DNA of 63,429 bases, counting the filler, from Octopus bimaculoides (taxonomy: Eukaryota): NCBI RefSeq assembly GCF_001194135.2. It is 4 parts of 4 records of this genome, joined end to end, with 100 filler letters (N's around TTAATTAATTAA, not from the genome) between each part and the next. Parts side by side here need not be neighbours in the genome. Positions count along the whole stretch, not along the records: positions 1 to 25,429 come from NC_068994.1; 3 more parts are not named here. One strand, given 5' to 3'. The notes beneath the pieces were generated by a model. The model was not told the DNA's origin. It did no database searches and saw nothing but the letters and a program-made list of their open reading frames with translations. The position numbers were made by a program, and so were the translations under genes. Of the stretch, positions 1 to 12,774 are shown one piece after another. Numbering within the stretch: position 1 is the stretch's first letter; the number at the start of each line of letters is the position of its first letter.

Positions 1-1499
1 ATATATATATATATATATATATAGAAACAGAGCGAGAGAGAGAGGTAAAAAAAAAATTGTCTGGAGAAAAATCTACCTGTGTGCTGATATTTCGTCTTAC
101 CGGTTAGTTGGCTGGGCGCTGATTTCATTGAGTTTGTTAAAAGGTAAATCTTTGATGTTATTCCACGCTCACCTTACGAGCTGCTGTCACCTGCCAGGTG
201 AGATGTCGAAAGATTTTGTCTTCTGTCAATATAAACACACAGACACACACACATACACATCACATACACACAGACTGGCAAGATAGTAACGAAGGTGAGG
301 TAGGCTGAAGGGAACTCGAACGTAATCAAGACGCTGGCTTCTTATAATAATAATAATCAAAGTGATAATAATAATAATAATAATAATAATAGTAATAATA
401 ATTTCTGATTTAGATGCAAGGCCAGCAATTTTGAGGGGAGGAAGCGTGCTAGTCGATACATCGATCCAATAATCTGAATTTGTTTACCTTTGATAGTTAT
501 GGGCGTGTAACAACAATAACAACAACAATTACCGATACATTCGTCTATTGTACACATGTTGACAGTGTGTGTGTGTGTATGCATACGTTAATCATATGCA
601 TACGTTATAATCAGAAACGTATATGTTTTGGAATAAAAAAAAAAAGCAGCAGTAATGATTAGTAGATCAANNNNNNNNNNNNNNNNNNNNNNNNNNNNNN
701 NNNNNNNNNNNNNNNNNNNNNNNNNNNNNNNNNNNNNNNNNNNNNNNNNNNNNNNNNNNNNNNNNNNNNNNNNNNNNNNNNNNNNNNNNNNNNNNNNNNN
801 NNNNNNNNNNNNNNNNNNNNNNNNNNNNNNNNNNNNNNNNNNNNNNNNNNNNNNNNNNNNNNNNNNNNNNNNNNNNNNNNNNNNNNNNNNNNNNNNNNNN
901 NNNNNNNNNNNNNNNNNNNNNNNNNNNNNNNNNNNNNNNNNNNNNNNNNNNNNNNNNNNNNNNNNNNNNNNNNNNNNNNNNNNNNNNNNNNNNNNNNNNN
1001 NNNNNNNNNNNNNNNNNNNNNNNNNNNNNNNNNNNNNNNNNNNNNNNNNNNNNNNNNNNNNNNNNNNNNNNNNNNNNNNNNNNNNNNNNNNNNNNNNNNN
1101 NNNNNNNNNNNNNNNNNNNNNNNNNNNNNNNNNNNNNNNNNNNNNNNNNNNNNNNNNNNNNNNNNNNNNNNNGCCAGGAACTTTCCAGCACCAGCACTCC
1201 CTTGTATATGATATACATACACACATATACCATTGGCTTCTGCAGTTACCGTTTTCCAAATTCACCCACAAACAATTGGAGGGTCAGTGATATAATAGAG
1301 GTCACTTGCCCAAGGAACCACTCAGCGAGGACTGAAACCAAAACCGTTTGATTACGAGACGAACTTCTCAACCACACAGCCAAGCCTGCCACAAACATTA
1401 CGACGTCAAATAATTTGTCTTCCAACCGTTTATTATGCAGAGCTTGCACACACACACACACACACACACGCACACACACACACACATACACATACACAC

Positions 1500-2040
1500 A
1501 TGGTGCGCCATCTTCGTAGATAATTGCCGTTTCCTAGTGCTTCCTTGTTATCAATGGTATTTCTGACTTTAATTTCACTTCCTCTCAGATGACGAAACAG
1601 TCCTACTGCAGATCTGTACGAGTTGAAGCACAGGTGACAGACAAAAATAGTAACTGTGAGCTTCCTACTGGTCAGCACACGTTGTTACTCATCCATCATC
1701 ACAAGACTTTCAGTAAACGGAATGACAAATGAGGTTTCTATAGAGGGACACTTGTGCGGTATTAAATTACAGTAATAAACGCACGTACAACACAAGGGCC
1801 TCTTGGATGAGTACCTAGTGACAGGCTGAAGTGTGATGACCGGTCATCATGTGAAACCGTAGGTTTTACCTCGGTGTGTCCCTCTCCTCGGAGGATACTG
1901 TGGCAAGGCAACATTTAGGGGTCCTTCAATTCCGGTAGTTTTCTCTACGCACCCTGACACCAACCAAGGATATGTTTGCTTCTCCCCCCCCATGCTCAGA
2001 TGGAATGCCATTACAAATACTAGTTAACCCACAACTAGGA
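1500..2040 (-). mobile_element. Probable non-LTR (RTE-like) retroelement remnant with a C2H2-like zinc finger, between CA/TG microsatellites
   Basis: The minus strand encodes FVCHLCFNSYRSAVGLFRHLR, resembling the C-x2-C...GL..H finger at RTE ORF C-termini. It then runs directly into a (TG)n tail. The family assignment is from motif recall. Confidence 0.4.
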
Positions 2041-2041
2041 C

Positions 2042-2044
<3 letters not shown>

Positions 2045-2101
<57 letters not shown>

Positions 2102-2802
2102 CATGTGTATGTATATATATATACAAGTATATTTATATATATATACACGTATATTTATATATATATACATGTGTATGTATATATATACACATGTGTATGT
2201 ATATATATATATATATGTATACATGTGTATATATATATACATGTGTATATATATATACATGTGTATATATATATACATGTGTATATATATCTATATATAT
2301 ACATGTGTATATATATATATATATATACNNNNNNNNNNNNNNNNNNNNNNNNNNNNNNNNNNNNNNNNNNNNNNNNNNNNNNNNNNNNNNNNNNNNNNNN
2401 NNNNNNNNNNNNNNNNNNNNNNNNNNNNNNNNNNNNNNNNNNNNNNNNNNNNNNNNNNNNNNNNNNNNNNNNNNNNNNNNNNNNNNNNNNNNNNNNNNNN
2501 NNNNNNNNNNNNNNNNNNNNNNNNNNNNNNNNNNNNNNNNNNNNNNNNNNNNNNNNNNNNNNNNNNNNNNNNNNNNNNNNNNNNNNNNNNNNNNNNNNNN
2601 NNNNNNNNNNNNNNNNNNNNNNNNNNNNNNNNNNNNNNNNNNNNNNNNNNNNNNNNNNNNNNNNNNNNNNNNNNNNNNNNNNNNNNNNNNNNNNNNNNNN
2701 NNNNNNNNNNNNNNNNNNNNNNNNNNNNNNNNNNNNNNNNNNNNNNNNNNNNNNNNNGTATATATATATACATGTGTATATATATATACATGTGTATGTA
2801 TG

Positions 2803-2833
<31 letters not shown>

Positions 2834-2844
2834 ACATGTATGTG

Positions 2845-2903
<59 letters not shown>

Positions 2904-2915
2904 ATACACACACAC
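2045..2915. repeat. Compound TG/TA microsatellite and TATATACATGTG-type minisatellite (contains a gap)
   Basis: Directly visible alternating purine-pyrimidine units on both sides of the N run. Confidence 0.95.
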
Positions 2916-3431
2916 GCTGCTACGGTTCGTCTAACATCAACATTTACAATTGAAATATTTCATATGTATTAAGGAGTGCCCTTAATCTATGTTAGTGTGG
3001 TGCGCGTGTCACATAATATATATATATATATTATATACTTCGTGTTACGCTACAGAGAGAGAGAGAGAGAGAGAGGGGAGGAGACTGATTGAAGATGTAT
3101 ACGATTGAGAAAGAGGTAAAAGAAATAGGGGACAGGTGATTGCTCAGTAGCAACCAGAGATAAAAGAGAAGAAAAAGAAAACCCATTGAAGCGGAACTGC
3201 AAATTTATCATATTATTAACAATGTACTGACACTGCACTGCTGTACCAAGGAGATATTGCTAAGGCGGAACAGAAAGGTCGAGAACAAACAAATAAATAA
3301 TATAGATAAAAATCACAAGAAAAAATATGATAAAAATTTCCTAGATATATCTATGTTGTCGTTAGACTTGCTAGAAAAAGCAGTCAAATATTCCTCAAAC
3401 TATGCATTTCTCTTTTTAAGACATGGAAATA

Positions 3432-3843
3432 TTCTTTTCTAGACACAAGGCCCGAAATTTTTTTTGGGAGGAGACCGGTCGATTAGATCGACCCCAGTAC
3501 GCAACTGGTACTTAATTTTTCGACTCCGAAAGGATGAAAGGCGAAGTCGACCTCGGAACGTAAAGACGAAATACCGCTAAGCGTTTCGCCCGGCGTGCTA
3601 ACGTTTCTTATTTCTTTATTGCCCACAAGGGGCTAAACATAGAGGGGACAAACAAGGACAGACAAAGGGATTAAATCGATTACATCGACCCCAGTGCGTA
3701 ACTGGTACTTAATTTATCGACCCCGAAAGAATGAAAGGCAAAATCGACCTCGGCGGAATTTGAACTCGGAACGTAACGGCAGACGAAATACCGCTAAGCA
3801 TTTCGCCCGGCACGCTAACGTTTCTGCCAGCTCGCTGCCATAA
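3432..3843 (-). mobile_element. Dimeric tRNA-derived SINE (family A dimer)
   Basis: Minus strand has A-box-like TGGCAGAAACGTTAG, B-box GAGTTCAAATTCC and central GTCGA(C/T)TTTGCCTTTCATnCTTTCGGGGTCGATAAATTAAGTACCAG, followed by a second head-truncated unit. The same junction recurs in three other copies. Confidence 0.85.
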
Positions 3844-4340
3844 GATATCGAAATATTGACATCTTATAGGCGCAGACATGGTACTGTGGTTTCGGGTTCA
3901 GTCCCACTGTGCGGTACCTTGGACAGGTACTTTTCATCACCACCACCACCACCACCACCATGTAAAAAATAAAAGATAAGAACAGCACTGAATCCTTCAG
4001 TGGTGTCGAGGAGAGATTACTGAGACATATTAATCTTTGTGTACGTGTGTGTGTGAGTGAGAGAGAGAGAGAGAAAGAAAGAAAGAGAGAGAGAGAAAGA
4101 AAGAAAGAAAGAAAGAGAAAAAGTGTGTATGTGTGTGTGTGTGTGGGGGGGCAAATACATTCTCACTTCGAGAAACATTAAGTCGAAGTAGGAACTGAAT
4201 CTAGAAATCTTGGTAATCGAACTATTTCCATAAGGCGAATTCAACTTCGATTGGTAAAGCTCATTCCACTGATTTTCCGATTTGATCTGTGAAAGGTAAA
4301 CTTTCTCTGATTTTTGTTTAACATATACTCTTTTTTTAAA

Positions 4341-4626
4341 CTCTTTTACTTGTTTCACTCATTTGACTGTGGTCACGCTGGAGCACCGCCTTTAGTCGAG
4401 CAAATCGATCGCAAGACTTATTCTTTGTAAGCCTAGTACTTATTCTATCGGTCTCTTTTGCCGAACCGCTAATTTACGGGGTCGTAAACACACCAGCATC
4501 GGTTTTCAAGCGATGCTGGGGAGACAAACACAGACACACAAACACATACATATATATATATATATATACATATATACGACGGGCTTCTTTGAGTTTCCGT
4601 GTACCAAAACCACTCACAAGGTTTTG
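4341..4626 (-). mobile_element. tRNA/CORE-type SINE (family B), 3' part
   Basis: Matches copies at 19454-19820 and 49426-49825 (TTTTGCCGAACCGCTAA; CAGTCAAATGA..GAAACAAGTAAAAGAG tail). Confidence 0.85.
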
Positions 4627-5476
4627 NNNNNNNNNNNNNNNNNNNNNNNNNNNNNNNNNNNNNNNNNNNNNNNNNNNNNNNNNNNNNNNNNNNNNNNNNN
4701 NNNNNNNNNNNNNNNNNNNNNNNNNNNNNNNNNNNNNNNNNNNNNNNNNNNNNNNNNNNNNNNNNNNNNNNNNNNNNNNNNNNNNNNNNNNNNNNNNNNN
4801 NNNNNNNNNNNNNNNNNNNNNNNNNNNNNNNNNNNNNNNNNNNNNNNNNNNNNNNNNNNNNNNNNNNNNNNNNNNNNNNNNNNNNNNNNNNNNNNNNNNN
4901 NNNNNNNNNNNNNNNNNNNNNNNNNNNNNNNNNNNNNNNNNNNNNNNNNNNNNNNNNNNNNNNNNNNNNNNNNNNNNNNNNNNNNNNNNNNNNNNNNNNN
5001 NNNNNNNNNNNNNNNNNNNNNNNNNNNNNNNNNNNNNNNNNNNNNNNNNNNNNNNNNNNNNNNNNNNNNNNNNNNNNNNNNNNNNNNNNNNNNNNNNNNN
5101 NNNNNNNNNNNNNNNNNNNNNNNNNNNNNNNNNNNNNNNNNNNNNNNNNNNNNNNNNNNNNNNNNNNNNNNNNNNNNNNNNNNNNNNNNNNNNNNNNNNN
5201 NNNNNNNNNNNNNNNNNNNNNNNNNNNNNNNNNNNNNNNNNNNNNNNNNNNNNNNNNNNNNNNNNNNNNNNNNNNNNNNNNNNNNNNNNNNNNNNNNNNN
5301 NNNNNNNNNNNNNNNNNNNNNNNNNNNNNNNNNNNNNNNNNNNNNNNNNNNNNNNNNNNNNNNNNNNNNNNNNNNNNNNNNNNNNNNNNNNNNNNNNNNN
5401 NNNNNNNNNNNNNNNNNNNNNNNNNNNNNNNNNNNNNNNNNNNNNNNNNNNNNNNNNNNNNNNNNNNNNNNNNNNN

Positions 5477-5644
5477 AGCTTGGCACCAGTGATGTCGCAA
5501 CTCATTTCTGCGGCTGAGTTAACTGGAGAAGTGTGAAATAAAGTGTCTTGCTCAAGAACACAACACGCAGCTCGGTTCGGGAATCGAACTCACAACATCA
5601 CGATCGTAAGCCCGACGCTCTAACAACTGAGCCATGCTCCTTCA

Positions 5645-5645
<1 letters not shown>
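5477..5645 (-). mobile_element. tRNA-derived SINE (family C variant), head and body
   Basis: TGGCTCAGTTGTTAGAGC A-box, GAGTTCGATTCC B-box and TTGAGCAAGACAC body. Homologous to 52058-52316. Confidence 0.8.
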
Positions 5646-5685
<40 letters not shown>

Positions 5686-5934
5686 TATGACATTCTTTTA
5701 AAGTACATGTCCATCGAATAAGAGAGAGACCCCAAATAGATACGCAGTTCAATAAACAGGCAGACATGATAGATAGAACTTCTTTAGCAAACTTCAAAAC
5801 TTAATGCATAAGGAAATATGTTACAATGTATTTATGGTTCGGTTCACTGTAGCAAAGCCAAATTGCATGAATATAAAATGATAACCTAAAAATATATTCA
5901 TTTATATATGGACGTATCTATCTATCGTGTTTTA

Positions 5935-6082
5935 TAATTATCCTACCAAATCCACTCACAAGTCTTTGGTCAACCTGGAACTAGAGTTGAAGACATTTGC
6001 TCAAGGTACTAGGCAGTAGGGACTGAACCCAGAACCATGTGGTTGGGAAGCAAGCTCCTCACCACACAGCCACACCTGTGCT
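5935..6082 (-). mobile_element. SINE family B head
   Basis: GGCTGTGTGGTGAGGAGCTTGCTTCCCAACCACATGGTTCTGGGTTCAGTCCC on the minus strand, as in other family B copies. Confidence 0.75.
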
Positions 6083-6322
6083 TATATATGCAGAATATTA
6101 AGAAAGATAATAGAGAAATATAGAGATATAAGCTTTTATAGTGTTCTGAAAATAAACTGTAAAAATAGACATATACACTAAGTGTGCTTAAAGGCATCAT
6201 GATGTGGTTAAGTCAAGCAAGAACTGTCATGCAAAATATACAGATAAACCGAGTGATCTGGTGTTCGGTGATACTTGCAAATTAAAGCCGACATGTGAGA
6301 TCATGTGAACCAGACATGAGAT

Positions 6323-6357
<35 letters not shown>

Positions 6358-7471
6358 NNNNNNNNNNNNNNNNNNNNNNNNNNNNNNNNNNNNNNNNNNN
6401 NNNNNNNNNNNNNNNNNNNNNNNNNNNNNNNNNNNNNNNNNNNNNNNNNNNNNNNNNNNNNNNNNNNNNNNNNNNNNNNNNNNNNNNNNNNNNNNNNNNN
6501 NNNNNNNNNNNNNNNNNNNNNNNNNNNNNNNNNNNNNNNNNNNNNNNNNNNNNNNNNNNNNNNNNNNNNNNNNNNNNNNNNNNNNNNNNNNNNNNNNNNN
6601 NNNNNNNNNNNNNNNNNNNNNNNNNNNNNNNNNNNNNNNNNNNNNNNNNNNNNNNNNNNNNNNNNNNNNNNNNNNNNNNNNNNNNNNNNNNNNNNNNNNN
6701 NNNNATATATGTATAAAACGAATCAGTTATATGTAGTAGCCCAAGATAAATTGAACCAAACAATCGAGAAAACGAATAGATTGCATCAGAAATACGAGTT
6801 GTATGTGAAATCTGAACCTGTTGTATATGATTACAGAGCTGAATTGAACCAGACCGTAGTATGAAAGGCAGATTCATTGAACTTGACGTAAAGAAATGTA
6901 GAAGTGAACAAGTCATACGTGAAGAAATATATGAAAAACTGAACGAACCATTCGGAGATACGAACAAATGGATCCAGACACGCTGATTGTTGATGATCGA
7001 ACATTAAAAGCCGTCGCGGATTAATGTTTAGAAAAATGGAAGCGATGATGTGGCAGGAAAAAGTGGAGCCTTTACAAGATGGCGTTAAAATGTTTGCATT
7101 TCAGTTTTCACTGTTATGGGTTCGAATATTATCAGCAACGAATTCGCTTTCGGAATCATTCAGGGGCCAATAACATGGTAAATACTAGGCGTATACTGAA
7201 GTAAGGTCAATCGATTATGCACCATCTCTAAAAAGCTAGAATCTTGCCGCTGCATCTTCTAAACAACTACTTCGGGTAAATTGCATTTCGGTCCAATAAG
7301 AATAAAAAGTCGTAGATGCAGAGCGGCTTCATAACACCATATATGGATGTCAATGATAGATACCTAAAAGAGGTCAAAGGTTACTCATTCTAGTGGAGGG
7401 AGGTAGGAAAAGAATCGAACGTATCCATCGCAGTACTTGATTGGTGCTTATTTTCTGGAATTTAGAAAGCA

Positions 7472-7889
7472 ACGGGCTGGCTGAATTAGTGCGCCGAACA
7501 AAATGCTTAGCAGTTAGCGGCATTTCTGACACTTTACGTTCCGAGTTCAAATTCCACCGAGGTCGACTTTGCCTTTCAACCTTTCGGAGTCGATAAATTA
7601 AGTACCAGTTTCGTACTGGGGTCGATGTAATCGACTTAATCCCTTTGTCTGTCCTTGTTTTTCCCCTCTATGTTTAGCCCCTTGTGGGCAATAAAGAAAT
7701 AAGAAACGTTAGCACGCCGGGCGAAATGCTTAGCGGTATTTCGTCTGTCTTTACGTTCTGAGTTCAAATTCTGCCGAGGCCAACTTTGCCTTTCATCCTT
7801 TCGGCATCGATAAATTAAGTACCAGTTGCGTACTGGGGTCGATCTAATCGACTGGCCCCTCCCCCAAAATTACGTGTCTTGTGCCTAGA
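7472..7889 (+). mobile_element. Dimeric SINE family A
   Basis: Two units joined by GGGCAATAAAGAAATAAGAAACGTTAGCACGCCGGG, each with a GAGTTCAAATT B-box. Confidence 0.85.
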
Positions 7890-7961
7890 NNNNNNNNNNN
7901 NNNNNNNGAGTGAAGTTTTGTCAACAAAAACCACGAGTTGTTAAATAGTTGTATTTATGTT

Positions 7962-8180
7962 ATAAGGCGGCGAGATGGTAAAATCGTTAGCACACCGGTT
8001 AAAGAGTTTAACGGCATTTCGTCCGTCTTTGTGTCCTGAATTCAAATTCCGATGATGTCGACTTTGACTTAAATCTTTTCCGAGTCGATAGAATAAGTTG
8101 AGCATTGTGGGGTGTCGATGTAATCGACTTATCCCTCCGCCCTCCACCGAAATTGCTGGCCTTGTCTCAAGATTTGAAAC
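7962..8180 (+). mobile_element. SINE family A monomer
   Basis: TAAGGCGGCGAGATGGTAAAATCGTTAGC head, GAATTCAAATTCC and GTCGATGTAATCGACT body. Confidence 0.8.
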
Positions 8181-8427
8181 TAGTGTTTCTGATAAATAAA
8201 TTTTCAACAATGGTATAGTTGTGTGGAAAAGATTGTCTGTCAAATTGAACCCAGCCTGGTACTTACTTTATCGATTCTCTTTTGTCGAAGAGATTAAGTT
8301 ACAGAGACATGAGCAAAATCATAGCACGGCTACCAAGTAGAGAAACAGAATCACGTGCATCTGCTCGCGCGCGCACACACATTTGCATACACAGACACAC
8401 ACACATACAGACATGCATACACACACA

Positions 8428-8469
<42 letters not shown>

Positions 8470-8635
8470 GCGAGAGAGTTAGGGGTTGAGAATTCAACCC
8501 ACTAAGGGATAGTATCGATCCAATATACTGCTGGGAAGGTACCCAATTATTGCTACACTAGTGTTATACCAAGTGCAATAAATGGGAGCGGGTAAAAAGG
8601 GGTTTTTTTATATTTGTGTGTGTATATATATATAT

Positions 8636-8745
8636 ACAGGGTGTCCACAAAGTCTGGGTACATGGGGATTAACATATACTTTAAGAAATTATTATTTCTT
8701 ATATTTAATTGTTTATGCTATGATTTTATTTACTCCATGTACCCA
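8636..8745. mobile_element. Tc1/mariner-type MITE fragment
   Basis: TA|CAGGGTGTCCACAAAGTCTGGGTACATGG left end, with a partial inverted copy CCATGTACCCA. The right TIR is truncated. Confidence 0.5.
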
Positions 8746-10559
8746 ACAACCATACTTATAGTAAGGGTTTCTAACTCAGATATAAAGCCACAGATTTTGT
8801 AGGCAGTGTTTGATTAATTGAATCGAACGATTAATTAATTAAACATGAAAAAGTGTAAATAAGCTGGTATGTATTGTATTAATTTTATTGAAGAATAGAA
8901 CGCAGAGGTAAAAATCGACCCAGGTGCCATTTGAATTCGTAACGTAAAGGGCCGTAATCAAAATGGCACAGCCATATATAGCAGTGTGGTTAAGAAGTAC
9001 GCTTCGCATTTATGCGAGCCGCGGTTCGATCCCTTGTGCAGGTAGCTTGTCTTTTACAACAGCACCAAGTCGGCCAATACATTGTGAATGAAATTTAGCT
9101 GGTGGAATCTGTACATAGTGTGTGTGTGTGAGCTTATGGCCTGGTGGTTAGAATGTTGGACGCGCGTTCATAAGATCGAAGGTTCGACTCCTTGACCAGG
9201 CGGCGCGTTCTGTCCTTGAGTGAAGCACATGATTTCTCGTTGCACCAATCTGCTTAGCAGAAAATGAGGGTGTGACGATATGCCAGCTACAGTTCCGTGT
9301 AGCTGGCATATCATCGATGTCCCGCTTTTTACGATGTGAGGTGCCGAGAGAGAGTGTCTATGCGTGCTTGCGACCTCATAGCAGCGTAAAACAATAAGCA
9401 GAAGTATAGCACAAGCTTCCACGACATACTCGCTCACGTCTAACTGCTAAACTCTGTATGTGTGTGTTTATATCTTTCCAACATCTATGTACGTACATGT
9501 CGTTGCTATTATGTTAAACTGTCGTATGTCCAAATTTGGCCAAATGCGTCTTATAATCTCATCAATGATGATGATGATAATAATAATAATAATCCTTTCT
9601 ACTATAGGTGCAAAGCCTGAAATTTGGGGGAGGGGGTCCAGTCGATTACATCGACCCTAGTGTTTCACTGGTAGTTAATTTATCGATACCGAAAACATGA
9701 AAGGCAAAGTCGACCTCNNNNNNNNNNNNNNNNNNNNNNNNNNNNNNNNNNNNNNNNNNNNNNNNNNNNNNNNNNNNNNNNNNNNNNNNNNNNNNNNNNN
9801 NNNNNNNNNNNNNNNNNNNNNNNNNNNNNNNNNNNNNNNNNNNNNNNNNNNNNNNNNNNNATAAATACGATTTTGAGTCGTTCATACACTTCCAAGAATA
9901 TCAGTGTCGTAAAAGAAGTGAAGCGAAATAACTTCATGTTCGTGTTGTGACTGAGACTTGAACTCAGTTCGTCGCGATCTAAATTTTTCGTCTATAAAAT
10001 GCTAAGACATCGATTTGTTCATAATTATGTGGCGTACTTTGTCATCGTTACATGTACATAAATATTCATTCATATATATATATATATATATATATATAGG
10101 CATACACAAATTCACACATGCACAAACATCGTTACATATACATACTCATAGTTATACATATAAGCCGTCGTTAGATACATGCTGATAATTGTCGTATGTG
10201 GTCATAATTTTGAATAAACTGCGTGTGTTTTTGAAACACAAACTTGAAGAGGAGCGCATTGCACATAACCTTAATAGAAAGGGAGATGGTGCTTGTGTGT
10301 GTGTGTGTATGCTGACTTAGTGATATACGATTCCGATTATTGTTCAATATGAAATAATGACGGGTTTAGTCAGCGATTTATGGCAAAACATTGGCGGCAG
10401 AGTGAAACTTCTAGAAGAGCATCAGGTCTGGTAGACAAAGGATTTGAGAGAGGGAGAGAGAGGAACTACCTAGTTGCCAACCAAAACCATTTAAGAGTAA
10501 ATGGAAGAGAAAAAGGAGATACAGTAGGGATATTGTGTACGTGTAATATTGTTGTTTAT

Positions 10560-10750
10560 CCCAATTTAACCCCGTGAAATAACCCCTGTGATCAAAGACA
10601 TTTCACCCTTAATTATCCAGTCGTTTCTTAATAGACAGGGCTACATTATCAAAATCAACATTTTTTTTTTCTAAAAGATGATAGTAGGATGTTATCTGAG
10701 TGAAGATTTGGCTGTTATTTCTAGCAGATCAGACGAGCACAGAACGATTG
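10560..10750 (+). repeat. Interspersed repeat family D (unclassified; related copies near 13420-13630, 40920-41140, 58140-58330)
   Basis: Shared blocks ..TGATCAAA(G)..ATT(T/C)CA.. and GATTTGG(C/T)TG(C/T)TATTT(C/A)TAGCAG recur at several positions. Confidence 0.55.
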
Positions 10751-11189
10751 CGTGTAAGTACGTTGGCTTCGTATAAATGCAGTTTACATGAAAACATTAA
10801 AAAAAAAAGTAAAAACGTATTATATTCCTTTATCCAACAGTGAGATAATGTAGCGTCAGCTGCACCATTTCGCAAAATATAAACTATCCATCAATGGGTG
10901 ATAAGCCTCAGTAACATTTTCCGCACACATCTGCCACCTGTTGGTTCCTCTTCATCTAAGTCAATGATATAATTGGAAGAAACATGTCCTAAAACAACGA
11001 AACTTGAGCCAGCGAAAGTGCCTCTAAGTAGTCCCTCAAACTGCTAGACATAACAGTCAAATGTCCCTTTTACCGCACCCTATCGTCCCCCCCACCACCA
11101 CCAAAAAGAGTTTATGATAAATCTTAAAAATAAGATAATTAAGACGAACTGTCACGGCTGTAAAGGGCTATGATTTTACATAGGAGCAA

Positions 11190-11282
11190 GGCATGGCTGT
11201 GAGGTTAAGAAGTTAGCTTTGCTACCGCGTAGTTTCAGGTTCAGCCCCAGAGCGCAGCATTTTGGGGCAAGTGTCTTCTAAA
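11190..11282 (+). mobile_element. SINE family B head, cut off at its 3' side
   Basis: GGCATGGCTGTGAGGTTAAGAAG...GGTTCAGCCCC...TTGGGGCAAGTGTCTTCTA, then an abrupt switch to unrelated sequence. Confidence 0.7.
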
Positions 11283-12390
11283 ATAAAGGAAGAGGAAGCA
11301 GCGACAGACAGGTAAGGAACGAGAGTTGAGTCTCCGCCAAAGAGTCCCAAGAAAAGAAAAGCGGAGACAAAGAAACAAGTTACACTGGAAAAAGAGAGTA
11401 TGGAGATTCGAACGCAGGAACCAGAGCCAACAACAAGCAGGAGGAAGAAAACTGAAGAGCAAAGAGTGAGAGAGAGGAAGTATGATGAGTGGAGGGAGAG
11501 AGTGAGGAGGAGAGAGAGGAATATGTAGTACAAACAAGACAGATTGCTGGACGAAATATAAGAACAATGTTAAGATACAGTAAGAATGTTGAAATAGAAA
11601 AAAATTTAGCAAAAATGAAAGATCTANNNNNNNNNNNNNNNNNNNNNNNNNNNNNNNNNNNNNNNNNNNNNNNNNNNNNNNNNNNNNNNNNNNNNNNNNN
11701 NNNNNNNNNNNNNNNNNNNNNNNNNNNNNNNNNNNNNNNNNNNNNNNNNNNNNNNNNNNNNNNNNNNNNNNNNNNNNNNNNNNNNNNNNNNNNNNNNNNN
11801 NNNNNNNNNNNNNNNNNNNNNNNNNNNNNNNNNNNNNNNNNNNNNNNNNNNNNNNNNNNNNNNNNNNNNNNNNNNNNNNNNNNNNNNNNNNNNNNNNNNN
11901 NNNNNNNNNNNNNNNNNNNNNNNNNNNNNNNNNNNNNNNNNNNNNNNNNNNNNNNNNNNNNNNNNNNNNNNNNNNNNNNNNNNNNNNNNNNNNNNNNNNN
12001 NNNNNNNNNNNNNNNNNNNNNNNNNNNNNNNNNNNNNNNNNNNNNNNNNNNNNNNNNNNNNNNNNNNNNNNNNNNNNNNNNNNNNNNNNNNNNNNNNNNN
12101 NNNNNNNNNNNNNNNNNNNNNNNNNNNNNNNNNNNNNNNNNNNNNNNNNNNNNNNNNNNNNNNNNNNNNNNNNNNNNNNNNNNNNNNNNNNNNNNNNNNN
12201 NNNNNNNNNNNNNNNNNNNNNNNNNNNNNNNNNNNNNNNNNNNNNNNNNNNNNNNNNNNNNNNNNNNNNNNNNNNNNNNNNNNNNNNNNNNNNNNNNNNN
12301 NNNNNNNNNNNNNNNNNNNNNNNNNACAATGACGGCTTTGCTGCACAAATCCTGCAAAAGTATTCAACACACAATTTATTGAGCTGGTCG

Positions 12391-12774
12391 TGGTACTCCG
12401 TCGGTTACGACGACGAGGGTTCCAGTTGATCCGATCAACGGAAGAGCCTGCTCGTGAAATTAACGTGCAAGTGGCTGAGCACTCCACAGACACGTGTATC
12501 CTTAACGTAGTTCTCGAGGAGATTCAGCGTGACAGAGTGTGACAAGACTGGCCCTTTGAAATACAGGTACAACAGAAACAGGAAGAAAGAGCGAGAGAAA
12601 GTTGTGGTGAAAGAGTACAGCAGGGTTCGCCACCACCTCCCTGCCGGAGCCTCGTGGAGCTTTAGGTGTTTTGTTTTCGCTCAATAAATATTCACAACGA
12701 CCGGCCTGGGAATCGAAACCACGATCCTACGACCGCGAGTCCGCTGCCCTAACCACTAGGCCATTGCGCCTCCA
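12391..12774 (-). mobile_element. Full-length tRNA-derived SINE (family C)
   Basis: Minus strand TGGAGGCGCAATGGCCTAGTGGTTAGGGC (A-box) ... GGTTTCGATTCCC (B-box), ending CTCGTCGTCGTAACCGACGGAGTACCA. Confidence 0.85.

Noticed and set aside
12700-12774. tRNA genes (this head and other A/B-box hits, including 36035-36107)
   Set aside because: Acceptor stems do not pair and the sequences continue into SINE bodies.
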